A stretch of 27,954 bases of DNA from Patescibacteria group bacterium. GTDB taxonomy: Bacteria > Patescibacteriota > Minisyncoccia > Phycocordibacterales > UBA9973. The stretch lies in NCBI GenBank assembly GCA_038058445.1, contig JBBUBB010000022.1, forward strand, positions 1-27,954, in the 5' to 3' direction. The position numbers were made by a program, and so were the translations under genes. Each line of letters begins with the position of its first letter. The first letter of the stretch is position 1. Shown piece by piece: positions 25,497 to 27,954 of the stretch. A model generated the notes under the pieces. The model searched no databases, had not been told where the DNA came from, and saw nothing but the letters and a program-made list of their open reading frames with translations.

Positions 25497-25531
25497 ATAG
25501 CCCTATCCGCCAGCTGGCGGAGGGCTATTTT
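25497..25531 (+). terminator. hup terminator whose upper stem is the palindromic-repeat core
   Basis: ATAGCCC-TA-TCCGCCAGCTGGCGGA-GGGCTAT-TTT. Confidence 0.75.
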
Positions 25532-25581
25532 GTTTGACTTTTTTTGGAGGTGGAGTAGTATAAATAAAAAATCACTTCTTT

Positions 25582-25953
25582 ATGAGTAAGAAAACCAGCC
25601 TCGTCTTTGTTAGCGGAGGTCCATCGGACGAAATCCGTAATTTTGAAAGAAACATCAAAAAACAGTATTTAACAGGCGACCCGGCTAACTACCCATGCCT
25701 TAGTTTCTTCCACCACTCTTCCGAAAAGGAGATTCTGGAGAAAGTAAGGGCAAAAAAACCGGCGTTCCTGATCTTTGATCATGTAAATGAAGAAAAGATC
25801 CTGCAACTCAAGACAAGCATCCTGAAAAAAACGAACGGAGCCTCTCCTGAGATGATCCACACAGGGATTAATCAGGAAATCCCTAATGTCAGACTTATTG
25901 TTGATCACCCAACAATAGCTGACGAAATTTTCCAACTGATTACCACTAACTAA
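25582..25953 (+). CDS. Small protein with atypical receiver (CheY-like) topology
   Basis: Alternating beta/alpha pattern with EILEKVRAKKPAFLIFD (alpha2-beta3-Asp). Lacks the beta1 acidic pair and the beta5 Lys. Has its own promoter and terminator. Confidence 0.5.
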   Translation: MSKKTSLVFVSGGPSDEIRNFERNIKKQYLTGDPANYPCLSFFHHSSEKEILEKVRAKKPAFLIFDHVNEEKILQLKTSILKKTNGASPEMIHTGINQEIPNVRLIVDHPTIADEIFQLITTN

Positions 25954-25985
25954 AAAAATCCCGCCAAAAGCGGGATCTTATTTTT
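25954..25985. terminator. Bidirectional terminator
   Basis: A-tract-ATCCCGC-CAAAA-GCGGGAT-T-rich, between convergent genes. Confidence 0.75.
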
Positions 25986-26005
25986 TCATAAGGTACAAAC
26001 TAAAA

Positions 26006-27103
26006 TTACAACCGCACATCAATAGGTTTGGGTCTTTTTGAGAGTTGAACCATTTTTCTGAAGTGTGAGACAAAGACACTCCAAAATGTTGGGTATACAT
26101 GGTAAGGAAAATCAAAGTCCTTACACACTTGTTTCACCTTTTCACTGAGTGGCTTATAGTAAACATGACTTACCTCTGGAAATAAATGGTGCTCTATTTG
26201 AAAGTTCAAACCACCAACAAACCAGCTGATAAACTTGTTTCTTGTTGCAAAGTTGGCAGTAGTTGCCATTTGGTGAGCAATCCATTCAAACTTAGTGGCT
26301 ATCTCAATGCTAGGTTGAGAAACTTTCTCTACTATATGAGCCATTTGAAAAACAATGGCAGTAGTAAGCCCAGTAGTAAAAACAAAGATTATGTAACCAA
26401 TAGCCCAAGCTTTAAAACCGACAAATACAATAGGGACAACCCAGAAAAGGGTCACATAAAACACTTTCGTTAACCAGAAGACCTTTCGATCTTTTTTGGT
26501 TATTTTCATTTTATGCTCTCCTACCCGCCCTTTAAAATACTTGTCGAAATCACTCTTCAAGACCCAACCAATGTAGAGAAGCCCGTACATAAGCCAACAA
26601 TAAATTGGCTGTAGCCTATATACTGGCTTCCATGGTTGTTCTTCGTGAAGTCTCAATATCCCATTTTGAGCCACATCATCACCAATACCTTCTAGATTAG
26701 TATAGGTGTGGTGAAGAATGTTGTGCTTAAATTTCCAAAATGAAGAAGTTACACCAAGGAAATTGAATGAAAGCCCAACTAAATTATTAACCCATTTTGT
26801 CTCGGAAAATGAACCATGATTAGCATCGTGCCCCACATTAAAGCCAATTGAAGCAGCAATAAGCCCAAGTGTTATACAAAGTATCACCTTTGTATTTACA
26901 TAAAGATTTCCCCAAACAAGAAGAATGAAGGTGGTTATGAATAGTGCGAACAATATTATCGCCTTATGCCACAACCTCCAATCCCCCGTCTTTACTATTT
27001 CTTCTGGAGTACCCTCCTTGAAATAGTCGGATTCTACCTTTTCTATTGCTAGACCAAATGCTTGGATCTTAGCAAAAGAAGGTCGTTTTTTGGTTACTGA
27101 CAT
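26006..27103 (-). CDS. Membrane-bound fatty acid (acyl-CoA/acyl-lipid) desaturase
   Basis: Three His boxes HDANH, HNILHH and QIEHH; GGLNFQIEHHLFP and VFQMAH motifs; multiple TM helices; no fused cytochrome b5 domain. Confidence 0.92.
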   Translation of the reverse strand: MSVTKKRPSFAKIQAFGLAIEKVESDYFKEGTPEEIVKTGDWRLWHKAIILFALFITTFILLVWGNLYVNTKVILCITLGLIAASIGFNVGHDANHGSFSETKWVNNLVGLSFNFLGVTSSFWKFKHNILHHTYTNLEGIGDDVAQNGILRLHEEQPWKPVYRLQPIYCWLMYGLLYIGWVLKSDFDKYFKGRVGEHKMKITKKDRKVFWLTKVFYVTLFWVVPIVFVGFKAWAIGYIIFVFTTGLTTAIVFQMAHIVEKVSQPSIEIATKFEWIAHQMATTANFATRNKFISWFVGGLNFQIEHHLFPEVSHVYYKPLSEKVKQVCKDFDFPYHVYPTFWSVFVSHFRKMVQLSKRPKPIDVRL

Positions 27104-27142
27104 AAAATTAAATTTAATTTAAAAAGAATTGTTTTCGGTATA

Positions 27143-27151
27143 AGTGTAGCA
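27143..27151 (-). promoter_or_regulatory. Extended -10 promoter of the desaturase
   Basis: TGCTACACT lies 39 nt before the ATG at 27103. Confidence 0.5.
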
Positions 27152-27172
27152 ATATGACAGAAACAAAGCTAT

Positions 27173-27201
27173 TTGACAGCCCCCGAATAAGTGAGTAGTA
27201 T
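27173..27201 (+). promoter_or_regulatory. Sigma70 promoter of the second receiver-like gene
   Basis: TTGACA-N17-TAGTAT. Confidence 0.65.
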
Positions 27202-27217
27202 CAAAGAAAAAAGTACC

Positions 27218-27562
27218 ATGATAAACCACGCTATTACCGAGGAAGTGTTGATGTTGACCTTCTATAGTAACAACTTCCCTATGGCCACAGGGATACCACT
27301 TGAAAAAATAAAGTTAGGCGACCCAAGGGATACAAAGGGGATTAAAAATACCATCAGAAAGCAAGAAATTAAACTGGTGGTAATAGATGGGGCTATCTGG
27401 CTCCCAAGGATTTCCGAGACTGTTGCAGTGGTAAAAAATATTAGAAGAAAAAGACTGCTGAACATTATTATTTGTATAGTCAGCAACCGCGACTTAGAGA
27501 TTGCGGATACAGTCTGGGAAACAGACCCAACTGGGGTACAAAAGTACCTAAAAACTGCCTGA
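27218..27562 (+). CDS. Small protein with atypical receiver-like segment (start corrected to 27218)
   Basis: IKNTIRKQEIKLVVIDG (alpha2-beta3-Asp), an amphipathic helix and IIICIVS (beta4). The track start at 27191 falls inside the promoter. Confidence 0.5.
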   Translation: MINHAITEEVLMLTFYSNNFPMATGIPLEKIKLGDPRDTKGIKNTIRKQEIKLVVIDGAIWLPRISETVAVVKNIRRKRLLNIIICIVSNRDLEIADTVWETDPTGVQKYLKTA

Positions 27563-27584
27563 GCCCACTATGGGCTTTTTATTT
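27562..27584 (+). terminator. Intrinsic terminator
   Basis: AGCCCA-CTA-TGGGCT followed by a T tract. Confidence 0.65.
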
Positions 27585-27619
27585 TGTGTTGTACACCGCG
27601 AAGCTCTGTAGGAGCGTAG

Positions 27620-27640
27620 TGGTGCGGGATAAGGGAGTCG
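27620..27640 (-). repeat. Duplicated 3' end of tRNA-Gly carrying CCA (att-like direct repeat)
   Basis: 27622-27640 is identical to 27764-27782 over 19 bp. The minus strand reads CGACTCCCTTATCCCGCA-CCA. Confidence 0.9.
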
Positions 27641-27763
27641 GTCACGAGTATTTTTCTGATGAAAAATCTCGCTACCCCGCCTCGCGCCAGTCGCGCTCCG
27701 GCTTTCTCCTCCCTGCCTTCACAAACAAAAACACCCAGAAAGGATCTGAGTGTTTTTGTTTGT
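27637..27763 (-). mobile_element. Putative non-autonomous three-hairpin mini-element or island remnant at tRNA-Gly (copy B)
   Basis: Bounded by 19-bp direct repeats 142 bp apart. Contains a 20-bp hairpin, a GCGC-GACTG-GCGC hairpin and a TTTTTC-ATCA-GAAAAA hairpin. A relative lies at 8073-8155. Confidence 0.55.
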
Positions 27764-27764
27764 G

Positions 27765-27835
27765 TGCGGGATAAGGGAGTCGAACCCTTCACCACAGTTT
27801 GGAAAACTGTTATTTTACCGATAAACTAATCCCGC
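27765..27835 (-). tRNA. tRNA-Gly (TCC)
   Basis: GCGGGAT TA GTTT ATCGGTA AAAT A ACAGT TTTCCAA ACTGT GGTG AAGGG TTCGACT CCCTT ATCCCGC A. 71 nt, with CCA not encoded in place. Confidence 0.96.
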
Positions 27836-27883
27836 AATCTTATTATTTTATCAAGAAAACGTTCATTTGAAAGCCTTCTCTTG

Positions 27884-27954
27884 TCGGGGTGCAGGGAATC
27901 GAACCCTGCCCTCATGTTCCCAAAACATGTATACTACCGATATACTACACCCCG
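27884..27954 (-). tRNA. tRNA-Pro (TGG)
   Basis: CGGGGTG TA GTAT ATCGGTA GTAT A CATGT TTTGGGA ACATG AGGG CAGGG TTCGATT CCCTG CACCCCG A. 71 nt, with CCA not encoded. Confidence 0.96.

Noticed and set aside
25958-25976. Terminator stem ATCCCGC/GCGGGAT equals the tRNA-Gly acceptor stem sequence
   Set aside because: It is only one independent 7-mer match, in the opposite arm order, and is compatible with chance.
25582-27620. Desaturase region as a tRNA-integrated genomic island
   Set aside because: The att-like repeats enclose only 142 bp and do not bracket the desaturase. No further tRNA 3' copy or integrase was found.
27641-27763. Group I/II self-splicing intron in tRNA-Gly
   Set aside because: It is too short, has no recognisable P7 or domain V core, and the tRNA is already complete without splicing.
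27568-27795. 75-aa and 100-aa ORFs over the tRNA-Gly region
   Set aside because: They are read through a tRNA and hairpin repeats and are spurious.
1-27954. CRISPR array, rRNA, or stop-codon reassignment (code 25)
   Set aside because: No regularly spaced repeats or rRNA-like stretch were seen. Long genes are intact under code 11 without needing TGA read-through.

Overview
An AT-rich, gene-dense bacterial chromosome segment. Gene content and style suggest Patescibacteria (CPR, Parcubacteria-like); this is inferred from the compact type IV pilus cluster, a trigger factor lacking its FKBP domain, a stand-alone VirD4/TrwB-like ATPase and many short-leader promoters, not from a marker search. In order: pgk (truncated by the window edge) and tpiA; a pilB-pilC-four-minor-pilin operon; two large secreted Ig-like proteins and a lipoprotein; nusA, ppa, tig, clpP and rny; a second divergent ClpP-family gene; a VirD4-like ATPase; hup; a fatty acid desaturase flanked by two receiver-like small proteins; tRNA-Gly(TCC) and tRNA-Pro(TGG). 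The strongest leads are: (1) a divergent LpxC-like metallo-deacetylase and an intact membrane desaturase, both lipid-modifying enzymes with no cognate pathway in view; (2) a three-hairpin element with compensatory stem changes, found both downstream of tRNA-Gly (bounded by a duplicated tRNA 3' end that carries the CCA) and in the pilB upstream region; (3) a 30-bp palindromic repeat inserted in frame into pgk and recurring in the nusA leader; (4) a secreted protein with a second, internal signal peptide. No CRISPR array, rRNA, integrase or transposase was seen. All family assignments come from motif recognition by eye; no searches were run.
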